Below are positions 1-10,745 of a stretch of 52,933 nt of DNA, piece after piece; position 1 is the first letter of the stretch, and each line of letters begins with the position of its first letter. Both the position numbers and the translations under genes were made by a program. The notes beneath the pieces are model-generated. The model was not told the DNA's origin. It made no database searches and saw only the letters and a list, made by a program, of their open reading frames with translations. This stretch comes from Octopus bimaculoides. Lineage: Eukaryota. The stretch is from contig NC_068997.1 in the NCBI RefSeq assembly GCF_001194135.2, forward strand, positions 3,845,420 to 3,898,352. Direction: 5' to 3'.

Positions 1-256
1 GGGACGTAAACACACCACCATCGGTTGTCAAGCGATGTTGGGGGGACAAACACAGACACACATACACAGACATACATATATATACATATATACGACAGGC
101 TTCTTTCAGTTTCCGTCTACCTAATCCACTCACAAGGCTTTGGTCGGCCCGAGGCTATAGTAGAAGACATTTGCCCAAGATGCCACGCAGTGGGAATGAA
201 CCCGGAACCATGTGGTTGGTAAGCAAGTTACTTACCACACAGCTACTCCTGCGCCT
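1..256 (-). mobile_element. tRNA-derived SINE family A (octopus OR2-like), cut by window start
   Basis: Minus strand reads GGCGCAGGAGTAGCTGTGTGGTAAGTAACTTGCTTACCAACCACATGGTTCCGGGTTCATTCCCACTGCGTGGCATCTTGGGCAAATGTCTTCTACTATAGCC, with A/B-box-like head. It matches the copies at 2615-3013, 10046-10373 and 33420-33847 and has the internal (TA/CA) microsatellite. Family name is from recall. Confidence 0.85.
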
Positions 257-329
257 ATATATATATATGTATATATATATAAACCCAACCAGCGAAGAAG
301 CGAAATACATTTATTAAATAAATAATCCT

Positions 330-820
330 GGGGAACACAGTTTTAGCCGAATTAGATTTAAAACTTGTTTTTGATTAACTATTGGCCTTTGAATTAAAAA
401 GTGACTCAGCCTTTTCTTTTACTTCACGTCAGACTTTTTCTCAACCACCACAAAGAAACCGCTCCTAAAAATATTATGCTCATTTTATAGAGCGTTTTAA
501 GATTTTACATACGGTGGAAAATAACGAAACTTTGCTTGACTGTAATGTATGTGCAAATTTATTTTGTTCACACAAAGGATATTGTTACTGTGAGTCAAAT
601 CGTGTGCAAATAGTTATGATAAAAAATCTACGCTTATAGCTATTTCTGGAGTTCTCGATCTTTGGACATTTTCGCTTTATGTTCCAGCAAGTCAGCCATC
701 ATATTTACATCTACCCTGATCCCGTTTCTTCATGACCTTCACGTGCAGAGGTGAGAATATAATTTTCTTTTTGTCAACAAGTGGATCTTGTAGAATGTTG
801 AGATCACCAGATTTGCTGTC
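330..820 (-). mobile_element. Internally deleted DNA transposon fragment, probably Chapaev3/CMC-type
   Basis: Minus ORF 692-898 contains GDLNILQDPLVDKKKIIFSPLHV joined directly to KVMKKRDQGR. These resemble the 'PLVDxxKIIxPPLHIKLG' and 'DIKVMEERYQGRW' segments of a widespread transposase family, with the intervening coding sequence missing. Superfamily assignment is from recall and termini are not identified. Confidence 0.5.
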
Positions 821-849
821 AAAACTTGAAGACCAATTCTTCTCTACCC

Positions 850-1075
850 AATGCTTCACACAAACCACCTCCAGTGTTGGAAAATGGTCACATCTCACTC
901 CTCTGGAACTTCACCATTCAAACTGACAGAAAGATAGATGCAAATAGGACAGACATCATACTGAAAGACTTCAGACAAAAATCATGCCCCCTCATTGACA
1001 TGACTGTCTCAATCGATATAAACGTATCTGACAAGACCTACCAAAAACTGAGCCAGTATAAAGATATTGAAATAG
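850..1075 (+). mobile_element. R4/Dong-type non-LTR retrotransposon, restriction-like endonuclease fragment
   Basis: ORF 826-1131: HKPPPVLENGHISLLWNFTIQTDRKIDANRTDIILKDFRQKSCPLIDMTVSIDINVSDKTYQKLSQYKDIEIE, a degenerate RPD...D...K..KY RLE signature. It is nearly the same sequence as the minus copy at ~41400-41560. Confidence 0.85.
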
Positions 1076-1079
1076 AGGG

Positions 1080-1435
1080 AAATAGAACAGAAATTGAAAC
1101 CAAGGTGACAAACAGGCAGGTGTTACAGTAAAGGTGGCAGCGGGAAAAGCACCAGCAGCAGTGGCGGAAGCTAGAGTAGTGGGAGCAACAACAACAACAA
1201 CAACTACAAGGGAATCAGAACAAACAACACCATAATAAAACATAGAAGACACGGACTCCTCCACGCATCCGAATGATGATGAAGAGAAGCCCAAAAAGCA
1301 AAAAGCAAAAAAAAAACAAGAAAGAGATACAGGAAGAAGGAAGAACTCCAAGAAACGGCAAACACAGACACTGATTGACAACAGCAACACTACAAGTACC
1401 ACAATCACCAACACTATCGAAAACAGCCAACAAAA
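1080..1435 (+). mobile_element. Possible low-complexity ORF1 tail of a Tx1-like LINE
   Basis: A/C-rich, interrupted T/E/K-rich reading (VAAGKAPAAVAEARVVGATTTTTTT...DDEEKPKKQKAKKKQERDTGRRK), compositionally like 43377-43870. No conserved motif. Confidence 0.3.
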
Positions 1436-1790
1436 GGAGTGGTCTGCAGTCCCAACACTTTTAGAGTGCAGGAGAGCATAATGATGGTCCGAATGATGGA
1501 TCTGACCCCTCGCACAGAATCCTAATATCAGTATTAAAACAGTGAACCGTGTTCACCAAAGAACTCCCTCGTGTCTCTTCTTTGCCATACACTTTCAAAT
1601 CATCCCTGAAGCTTTATCCGTAAGATGTCAACTAAGTTTCCCATCCCACCGTACTTCTCTTCAGGAAGCACGTCACATTCCTCGCAGCTCCAGACAGATC
1701 TAAGCACTCGATGATCCACAAATGTGGAATCATCATAAGCTTTGCGATAGTCAATCCAGGCCATTCCCAGATTTGTTCTCACTCTAACAT
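1436..1790 (-). mobile_element. R4/Dong-type LINE RT fragment, degenerate
   Basis: Minus strand RTNLGMAWIDYRKAYD followed, after a frameshift, by IPHLWIIECLDLSGAARNV. This is the AWIDYxKAYDxVPH RT motif of RLE-clade LINEs. Confidence 0.8.
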
Positions 1791-2101
1791 ACGCACACAC
1801 ATACACAAACATACACCACACACACAAACTTACCCACCCACGTTCAGTCGCACAAGCACACACACACGCACGCACACACACACGCACGCACACACACAGA
1901 AACAGACAAACGCATTCCTTTTTCTGTTTTTCTGTGTAATACGTGCTCTCATTTAACCTAATTCACCATGTTAGCTATTGCCATATTTCTATTTTCCACA
2001 CACCTCTCTCCCTCTCCTCCATTTCAGTCTTTATCAATGGTTCAATTCATTCACATGAAACTTTTGTATTTATCCGTGTTTTATCTATGTATATATATCA
2101 C

Positions 2102-2132
<31 letters not shown>

Positions 2133-2460
2133 CTATCCATCTGTCTGTCTGTCTGTCTGTCCGTCTGTCTATAGCTATATTTAGTTGCCTATATAAACTC
2201 ATGCAGGGACAGTCTCACTTCATTTTGTTAGCGTCAAATTGAATGTGTTACACGTGTCGATATAGCTCCGATCGAAACAGACAAAGCATTATGTGGGTGT
2301 GAGGGTGTACCAATATATGTATGTATGAGTGTACGTATGTATGTATGTAGGTAGGTAGGTAGGTAGGTATATATGTGGGTGTGTGCATGCATGAGTATAC
2401 ATATACACACTCACTCACACAAACACACGATCTCACATACACACACACACACACACGACA
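1790..2460. repeat. Microsatellite cluster (CA/CGCA)n, (TATC)n(TGTC)n, (GTAT/GTAG)n, (CA)n
   Basis: Direct inspection: 1790-1900, 2095-2170, 2305-2455. Confidence 0.9.
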
Positions 2461-2614
2461 GAATTCGGCTCAATAATTGATATGACCACCCCTTATTTAG
2501 GATTGGTAAAACAAAGAAAACTTTTAGATGCAGGTGATGAATTTCAGAATTTACAACGATTGTCTCTTCTAGATTAAATGTTATGCAGAATCGTAGCAAT
2601 TAGAATAATGCTTA

Positions 2615-2836
2615 TTCTTATATTCTTTTATTCTTTTATTCTTTTATTCTTTTACTTGTTTTAGTCATTTGACTGCGGCCATGCTGGAGCACCGCCTTTA
2701 GTCGAGCAAATCGACCCCATGACTAATTCTTTGTAAGCCTAGTACTTATTCTATCGGTGCCTTTTTATGGAGACGTAAACACACCAACATCAGTTGACAA
2801 GGGACAGTGGGGGGAACAAATACAGACACACACACA

Positions 2837-2875
<39 letters not shown>

Positions 2876-3013
2876 GACGGGCTTCTTTCAGTTTCTGCCT
2901 ACCAAATCTACTCATAAGGCTTTGGTTGGCCTGAGGCTATAGTAGAAGACATTTGCCCAAGATGCCACACAGTGGGACTGAACCTGGAACCGTGTGGTTG
3001 GGAAGCAAGCTTC
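2615..3013 (-). mobile_element. tRNA SINE family A, near full length, head truncated
   Basis: (TATTCTTT)n tail at 2615-2655, body CAGTCATTTGACTGCGGCCATGCTGGAGCACCGCCTTTAGTCGAGCAAATCGACCCC, internal (CA)n. The head stops at AAGCAAGCTTCT (3013), about 25 bp short of the other copies. Confidence 0.9.
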
Positions 3014-3870
3014 TTTATTTCATTAAACTGGCCATAATGGCCTTACACAGAGAAAAAGCTAGCTGCGGTCTGGACACAGGTATAATGCCATATGTGATGA
3101 AAAATGAAAATGATGATTAGTTGGGGGAAACAACAACGCCCGTCGATTGTTGTTTCCCGAAAGCATTGTTCTCTTATTTGCCATTCATGAGGCGATTGAC
3201 CTTTTTACATTAACACACAAAAATACAGTAATCAAAAAAGTTCTAAGTTAATCGAGGCTCGAAGACTTCTCACTTCACCGCCCCGATCAAATCTCTCGCT
3301 GCCTTCAGGCAATCCCGCAGTAGCAAGTCGGGGTCCCAGAGAAGATAACTGAACTCCTCCCCAGAAAAGGCATTCAATATCTCATAAAGATAATTCTCAA
3401 ACATGATCTCCGCAGCTACCTGCAGAGGCCAATGTGAGCTCCCAATACAATACAGGTCGGGACCACCTGTTCCCAACCTTCAAAACGTCTTTCGAAGTTC
3501 TCTACGACCCCTCCCCTGAGAAAAAAGATCACAAATTCCTCATTATTTTCACTGAGAGAAGCCATGATTTCCTCTGTCGGTGGCACAATTCCCACCGACG
3601 AGGTTTCGGGACATGCCGGCAGTGCACTGCAAATCGCCGGCACTGTCCCATTCTTTCTTTCTTTCTTTCTTTTTGGTACGGGAGGGGCTGCTTCCTTCGC
3701 CTCGGTGAGCAAAAATGGGGAAAGCCGGATTATGGGGATAATTAGGCTTCCCATCCATAAAAGGTCTAGCTATGTGGTGTATGATCAGATCTCAAAACCG
3801 TGTATAGACGGGAAACCTAAGGTAACCCTAGAAATCGGCTTTCCCCATTTTTAATATATACTGCTCTACA
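3014..3870 (-). other. Unclassified GC-rich, hairpin-rich island with frameshifted small ORF
   Basis: Clearly higher G+C and CpG content than its flanks. Stems at 3030-3042, 3125-3158, 3571-3603, 3608-3649 and 3711-3852. Minus-strand reading 3565->3270 with one frameshift. AATAAA at 3014-3019 (minus). No family recognised. Confidence 0.45.
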
Positions 3871-3908
3871 TCTTAGAGTGTGCTTTTTTTTTCGGATTTT
3901 TACAGACG

Positions 3909-3952
<44 letters not shown>
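3909..3952. repeat. (TA)n microsatellite abutting mariner end
   Basis: Perfect TA run. Confidence 0.95.
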
Positions 3953-3954
<2 letters not shown>

Positions 3955-5176
3955 CGGGTTTTTCAATACTTTTATTTTTCAAATTTATGTTAAAAAAAGA
4001 TCTTTCTTAATCTAAAATATACACTCTTTCATTTTCTACAATGCTCTTTCATCTATATGGTAGATTTCAAATGTCCCGCTTCCAAAATTCACTTCTCCGT
4101 GACGAAAGGTACTTCTCCAGTACTGTTCTGACCTTGTCTATAGAATTCATATTTTTTCCGTCCAAATGATTTTGAAGACTGCAGAATAAATGATAATAAG
4201 ATGGGGCAATTCCCGGCGAATATGGTGGGTAGGACATCGTTTCCCATTCAAACTGCTCCAACCCTTGGAATATCATCCTCGCTGTATGTGGCCGAGCATT
4301 ATCCTGAAGGAAGAACACATTTCGTCTTGAGACCGAAGATGGTCGTTTTTCTTCTATCGCCGACTTAAGCCGCTCAAGCTGCTTGCAGTGGATCTCCTTT
4401 CTTATCGTTTGGTTTGAGTTTAAAAGTTCAAAGTCGACTAGACCTTTCATGTCCCACCAAACAGATAACAACACCGTACGTGGGTGAAAACTTTCTTTAG
4501 CCTAAGTTCCCGTGTTTCTCTTTTCCCTTCCCACTGTTCTCACGATTGACATTTTTATAGAAAACCCATTTCTCGTCACCAGACATTATTCGGTCCAAGA
4601 AAGTTTCGTACGTGAGATGTGACTAGCAAAGAAGAGCACACATTAACTCTCTGCGCAGATTAAACTCGGAAAGTTTGTGAGGAACCCATTGACCCAATTT
4701 GCTGATTTTTCCGATGGCGCGCAGGTGTAGATGAATGGTTGAATTACGAAATCCCAGCTTCTCTGCAAGTTCATGGACAATTACAATTGTCTACAGATCT
4801 TCCAGAATGAGGCTTATCTTCTAGACTGTAGTTTCCGGCTCGGAATGTCTGGAACCACCGTTGACATTGGCTTACGCTTATTGTCCGATCCCCATATGCT
4901 GCATTAATATTCCTCGTATTTTCCGTTGCGTTGTTGCCTTTATCGAACTCATAAAGTAAAATATGCTGAATGTGCTCCTTTGTCACCTCCATTATACCTT
5001 TGAAAAAATAACTCTTAAAATCGAACTGCACTCTTCAAAACTTGCACTACGAAGAAGTACAAGGCAAAATTACTACCTGCATCTATAGCAAATTGATGCA
5101 GGTATTTTATTGAGTCCCCCTCTGACATTTAGTTCATGCAATTGAAAAACTGCATTATTTATGGGATGACTCAATA
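3953..5176 (-). mobile_element. mariner (DD34D-type) transposon, decayed
   Basis: MEVTKEHIQHILLYEFDKGNNATE...SVSQCQRWFQTFRAGNYSLEDKPHSGR; WVPHKL (~4690); GDEKWVFY; LLSVWWDMKG; QDNARPH; PPYSPGIAPSYYHLF (normally SPDxAPSDY, so the third catalytic Asp is lost). 5' TIR TATTGAGTCATCCCATAAATAATGCAGTTTTTCAAT ends at 5176; only TAACGGGTTTTTCAAT remains at the other end. Confidence 0.93.
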
Positions 5177-6111
5177 TTCACACACACACACACACACTCA
5201 CACATATTTATATGTGAATATAAATACCCATCTGTGTGTCGATATGTACGTGCTGAGGTATATGTGCAAGGAAATAACAACACCACGTTCATGATACCCA
5301 CGCATCTAATAAAAACTGTTTTGTAATTTTGAATGCTTTTAAACTTATTTCACTCCAGAAAATCGTTATCATCACTATTATTATCATCACCACCACTATC
5401 ATCATTATTAACTTTATCGTTATTATAGCGTTTTTGTAGGTTTCAGCGAGACTGAATATGTGCATACAATATGAAGACATATGGAAGGGTAACATATGCA
5501 GATGAAAAAGAAAAAATATAATAAAAGTACTAAATATTTCTTTTTCGCCTGCGGAATCAATATACAGTCAATGATATAGAAACATATCACCTTTGAGCAT
5601 CCATACATATTGAAGTCTCTCTGAGCAAACATTGTCATCAACCATTTGTATTTAAACTGGATTAGCTGCTACATAAAAACGGGAATTACAATATTGCGTG
5701 CTGCCAGAAGAGCAATGATAATGTAATAGTGTTATATTCAGTGGAAATCTACATAAAGATAAACATTTGTAAGCAATGTGAAAGAAGTGAAAAGATAAAT
5801 GTCATAATATAAATAAACTGATTTATAGATGCTAAATAAATATTTATGCATGCATACATGCACACATGTACACATATTTATGCTATTCTGCGTATATGTG
5901 TGCATAGCGGTTATATATACATAGAGATAGGTATTAACACACAGACACATAGAGATAGGTATTAACACACAGACACAGACACATAAGTATATGTAAAGAG
6001 AGCGGAAGGAACAGATATGTTAATTTTTATGCTAACACTACATTCGGCCGCGTATGATGTTATATATACATATATACATATATAATTATATATATATATG
6101 AATATATATGA

Positions 6112-6163
<52 letters not shown>

Positions 6164-6889
6164 TTACGCATATATATGCGTATGTGTGTACGTTTGCGTA
6201 TTTGTCCCCCCCCCCCAAATCTTCCGAGCTGGTATCTAAATCCATTATAAAATGAAATAATTAATATATTAATTTGTTAAAATGTAATTCCCCATAATAC
6301 CATAATATAGACATAATATGATAACGTAATATATGATCCTTTTTTTCCTGTTTCATTACAGCTATTAGGTAATTAATTTAGTGGGTGGTTTTTGTAAGAA
6401 CACGCTACATCTATGCTTATATGCATATGTGTAAGTGTGTATGTTGAAATATATATGTTTGCGTGTGTGTTTGTGTGAATGTAAGAATTAAACTAGATAT
6501 ATGCATGTATGTATGTATCTATGTAACCATGTATGTACGTATATGTACATAAATGGTTTGTGTAATAATAGAGCCGATTTATATGAATAAGCTAGGATTA
6601 AACTATGGATGTCTTTACCTTCATGAAATGTAAAACCCATACTACATTTTATCTTCTTTGTTCACCTTAAATGTCATTAATGAGGCTGTTTTCAGTGTAC
6701 AGTGATGTGGTCTATATGCCAAGTGTGTGTGTGTGTATGTGTGCGTGTTTGTGTGTATGTGTGTGTTTGTATGTGTTTGTTTGTGTGTGTTTGTGCGTGT
6801 GTATGTGTGTGTGTATTAGTCATCTGCCAACTACTGCTTTTGTTTCGTTTATTTGTAATCTTGTAGCTGAGAAAAATATATTATTTCGA

Positions 6890-7062
6890 ATTTTTGACAC
6901 AAGGCCAGCAATTTTGTGGAAGGAGATAAGTCAATTGCATCAACCATAGTGTTCATTCATGAATGGATGAAAGATAAAGTTGACCCTCGGTGAAATTTGA
7001 ACACAAAACCATGGGCAATAATCATTTCGCCCGGCGTGCAAACGATTCTGCCAAATAGCCAC
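6890..7062 (-). mobile_element. tRNA SINE family B, highly degenerate
   Basis: GGATGAAAGATAAAGTTGACCCTCGGTGAAATTTGAAC...CATTTCGCCCGGCGTGCAAACGATTCTGCCA matches the body of 13080-13525. Confidence 0.75.
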
Positions 7063-7232
7063 CCTTGCCTTGCTTCTAATATCGTTACTACTTTCGCAAT
7101 CGCTGGTGTTGTTATTGTTCTTGCTGTAATGAACGTATTACACTTCCCAATTTCAATCACCATATTTATGCTGAATTCTCCCGATTACCTCAGAGAACTT
7201 ATGTTTTTGTATTTTAACAAGTCTAGCTGTGA

Positions 7233-7283
<51 letters not shown>

Positions 7284-7854
7284 ATTTAAAACAAATATTA
7301 TTGTATTCAACGCTGTTATTGATTTCATTCATTACGCAGTTATTATATATATTTTAATATAACTATCCCCTACTTTGTGCCAGTTATAAAAATTCAATCG
7401 AATATTTACCCATGTGGAATATTCTTCCCTCCACGACACCCAGAACAGAAACCAGTTCCTCCCTACCCCAACACTCCAATACCCGCCCAAATTTCCGAGT
7501 AGCAGGCGATCTAACACAAAAACTTTCCACCAGATGACCCCAAATCCTATGTATTTCGGAACTCACCGAAATTGACGCCAGCGTTCACCTCCAAGAACCT
7601 GGGACGTTATCTAGTTCCACTCACCTTCACTTTTAATGTTCAGACTTGAGTACCTAATATCTTCTTCGCCCTACTCGAATCTAGTCCCCTTACAAAAAAT
7701 GTTCACTCCCAATCTATAGAATTATCTTACTCCACTACCATGAACATTGCCGGGGTAATCAGACATCTTAACAACAAGAAACTCAGAAATCCACAACCAG
7801 CTAACACCCACCCTAATAACATAACTCAACCTAACACTCAGGTTCACACATATA

Positions 7855-8425
7855 AATCAGCTGCTAGATCAGTTTCATAAACGCAGTCGCCGACGCATCT
7901 TAAACATCAGATGGTACCAAAGAGTCTCAAATGTGAAAGTTTGGGGGTAAGCCCAGATGCTGAACTTAGATGTACTGCTGACACAGGTTCAGCTAAGATA
8001 GTCTAAACACTTCGTGTGTATGCAGGATAACATGTTACTAAAGCAGCTCTTCTACTCTGAACTGACATAGGGCCATCGAGCAAGAGGACCGTCAACACTT
8101 TGCTATAGAGACACCTTGAAAAAAGGCCCTCCAGACATGTGAGATTGATGAAGAACAACGGGAAATTGTGGTCATGAACAGATCTGGAGACAAGCAATTT
8201 GAAGGAATAAAGGCCTACGAGAATGGCAGACGAGTCAGGCAAGTGGAAAAGCGCGTGGCAACGAAGGCCAAATCTAACACAGCAGACTATTTCATCGTGT
8301 ATCCAGTATGCGACCACCACTGTTCATCTGATTTTTGCTTCAAATCCCACAGGTGGGTACTCAAATGAACAACGTGCTAGGTTGGACTTTATCGATCATG
8401 ATAGACAACCAACAACGACAACACA
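7855..8425 (+). mobile_element. RTE (BovB-like) LINE 3' end
   Basis: QLLDQFHKRSRRRILNIRWYQRVSNVKVW...LLKQLFYSEL...GHRARG...YRDTLK...FEGIKAYENGRR...YPVCDHHCSSDFCFKSH*. Degenerate C-terminal Cys/His finger, short 3' UTR and (CAA)-type tail at ~8405-8425. Confidence 0.88.
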
Positions 8426-10045
8426 TACAACCCTGTCCAATAATGCAAAAATGATCAGCATACATCATTATTGTTATAATGTCATGTGTAGAGAGAGTCT
8501 GTTATAATGTGTTTTACGGAACAGGACCTACACATTTAGACGGAATAGTCCTGTTATCTCAGATAAATAATAGATAGAAAAATAGATAGATAGACAGATG
8601 GTTAGATACTTGCATACATACATACATACATACATACATGCATACATACATACATACATACCATCAAATACATGTTCACACATACACACACATATATGTA
8701 CAAGTTAGGTTGTGTGTGTGCGCACGGGGGCGTGTGCAAAACAAGATGAAGGAAAGAGTATTCGCATGCCAAATGATGAGGGAAATATTATTTATTGACG
8801 CTGGTAAAATTTCACAAACTGTTACCCAAAGTTTCATGTAATCATTCGTCACATAGCTGTGAGTATCCAGAACAGCGCAATAGTATATGAGTATTTATGA
8901 ATATTCATGATAACCAACTCATGGAATAAATATAGAAAGCCAATTGGGCAATTACTTTTTGAAATAATGAGATACCTTGGAAATAAGAGCGATTGACAGT
9001 TACGGAATGTTATATAAACATTAAGTTGAGTCGAATAAAAAATTTTAAATTGGATATATATACATACATCTTTACACGCACACAGTCACATACTCACACA
9101 TACGCAGTCTTATGCACATACATATGTCACGTATGTGTGTGCTGTGCGAGCGGTTTTGTCTGTATATACATGAGAGTTGGTCTATGTACGTAGGTATGGG
9201 GATGTGAATGTAGGCGTGTGTACATGTGTCACTGACACCACTTTACAAATATGCTATTGGCTTACTCTGTACTCGTTAAAGTCACAGTAAATCAATAACA
9301 ACAACTGTCAGATATGTTTTCCTTTATCAATCAGTCCTGTCCAGAAATGATATTCAGACAACAGCAACCATTTGCTGAAGAAACGAATGAAATACTTTAA
9401 GATCAGAGAAGAAAAAAAAGCACAATTACGATATTTATTTGAAGGAGATCAATTCACAACATTATTTTTATTTCTATTGGTTTAACCAAATCAATTTTCT
9501 ATCTCTAAGATATATACTTTACTCTATAATTTTCGTTTATCTTTATCCCTTAATTCTGCTAACTCCATCAGTTGTCTTCTCAGTTTTTTTTACAGAATTT
9601 ATTCATTAACAATGACATAAGTGTGGATGGTCAGTAAGATAACTGACCTAAAGATTAGAGTCGGAAAATAATATAGCTGAATGTTTTCTCAACAAACTTG
9701 TTTATATATCATTTTCACATCAAACTTAATCTTAGCTGTAAAAATAGAGAGCGCATGAGGTCGCGATAGATGTTTACAGGTAGATATTTGAGCTTATTCG
9801 ATATGTCACTCAACAAATATCATTTTGCCTTTAATGTATGGAGAAGATCAGTTGTTAAGACAGCGTCTATGCAGTCCCTTATAATGCTAAATATAGCAAC
9901 CAAATAACTATCTCATCAAATTCTAATCTTCAAATATAGAAATAATATTAATCAGTGAGTTGTACTTCAATATTCACGGTTGATCTGCTGAATTTAACAG
10001 CCAAATGGACACTTGAGAAATGCAATATTTCTTGAGAAGCCATAC

Positions 10046-10373
10046 ACGCGCAGGAGTGGCTGTGTGGCAAGGAGTTTTCTGACCAACCACGTGGTTCCGG
10101 GTTCAGTCCCACTGCACCTTGGGCAAGTGTCTTCTACTAAAGCTTCGGGCCAACCAAAAACTTGTGAGTGGATTTGGTAGACGGAAACCGAAAGACGCCC
10201 ATCGTATATATGTATATATATGTATGTGTGTGTATATGTTTGTGTGTCTGTGCTTGTCCCTCCAGCATCGCTTGACAACTGATGCTGCTGTGTTTACGTC
10301 CCCGTAACTTAGCGGTTCGGTAAAAAAGACCGATAGAATAAGTACTAGGCTTACAAATAATAAGTCCTAGAGT
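10046..10373 (+). mobile_element. tRNA SINE family A, tail truncated
   Basis: ACGCGCAGGAGTGGCTGTGTGGCAAGG...GGTTCCGGGTTCAGTCCCACTGCACCTTGGGCAAGTGTCTTCTACT...CCCCGTAACTTAGCGGTTCGG...AAGTACTAGGCTTAC. Confidence 0.9.
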
Positions 10374-10745
10374 TAATAGATACCAGGGTAGCAAAGATCA
10401 CAAAATGACTGTGGTGTAACTCCTGTTTATGAGGTAGAAACTCCTTGTTATTTTTGGGTACTTGAGTAAATATGCAAATTTAGTAAATGGAGTAAAACGC
10501 ATATGTTAGATGAATTCTTTTATTTCCAACATATGTTTCGAAGATTAAAAATGGTTATGAGAGGTAATGGTGTCAATAAGACCCAAAGGTGTCAGGCAAT
10601 GCTGAGTAAGTGCTACGGATAGACCATAGTTAATTTCCAAATTCGGTGTTTATGCGAATAAGGAGTCCAACGTAGGTCATATATCAGCATGTGTATATAT
10701 ATAAAAAATTTTTTTGAAAATGAGATAAAAAAAAACAAGACTATT

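Noticed and set aside
5438-5488. Small AG...GT-bounded candidate exons (also 17630-17645, 35347-35435, 50404-50480, 50655-50750)
   Set aside because: Splice-like motifs are expected by chance in AT-rich DNA. The peptides are unrecognisable or contain stops, and they cannot be chained into a gene.
5917-5975. 28-bp tandem duplication (CATAGAGATAGGTATTAACACACAGACA); similar small duplication at ~52340-52400
   Set aside because: Ordinary slippage duplications in low-complexity DNA.
6957-7163. Protein-looking ORF ...ILEARQGWLFGRIVCTPGEMIIAHGFVFKFHRG
   Set aside because: Overlaps a degenerate SINE B copy; the sequence is explained by the SINE consensus.
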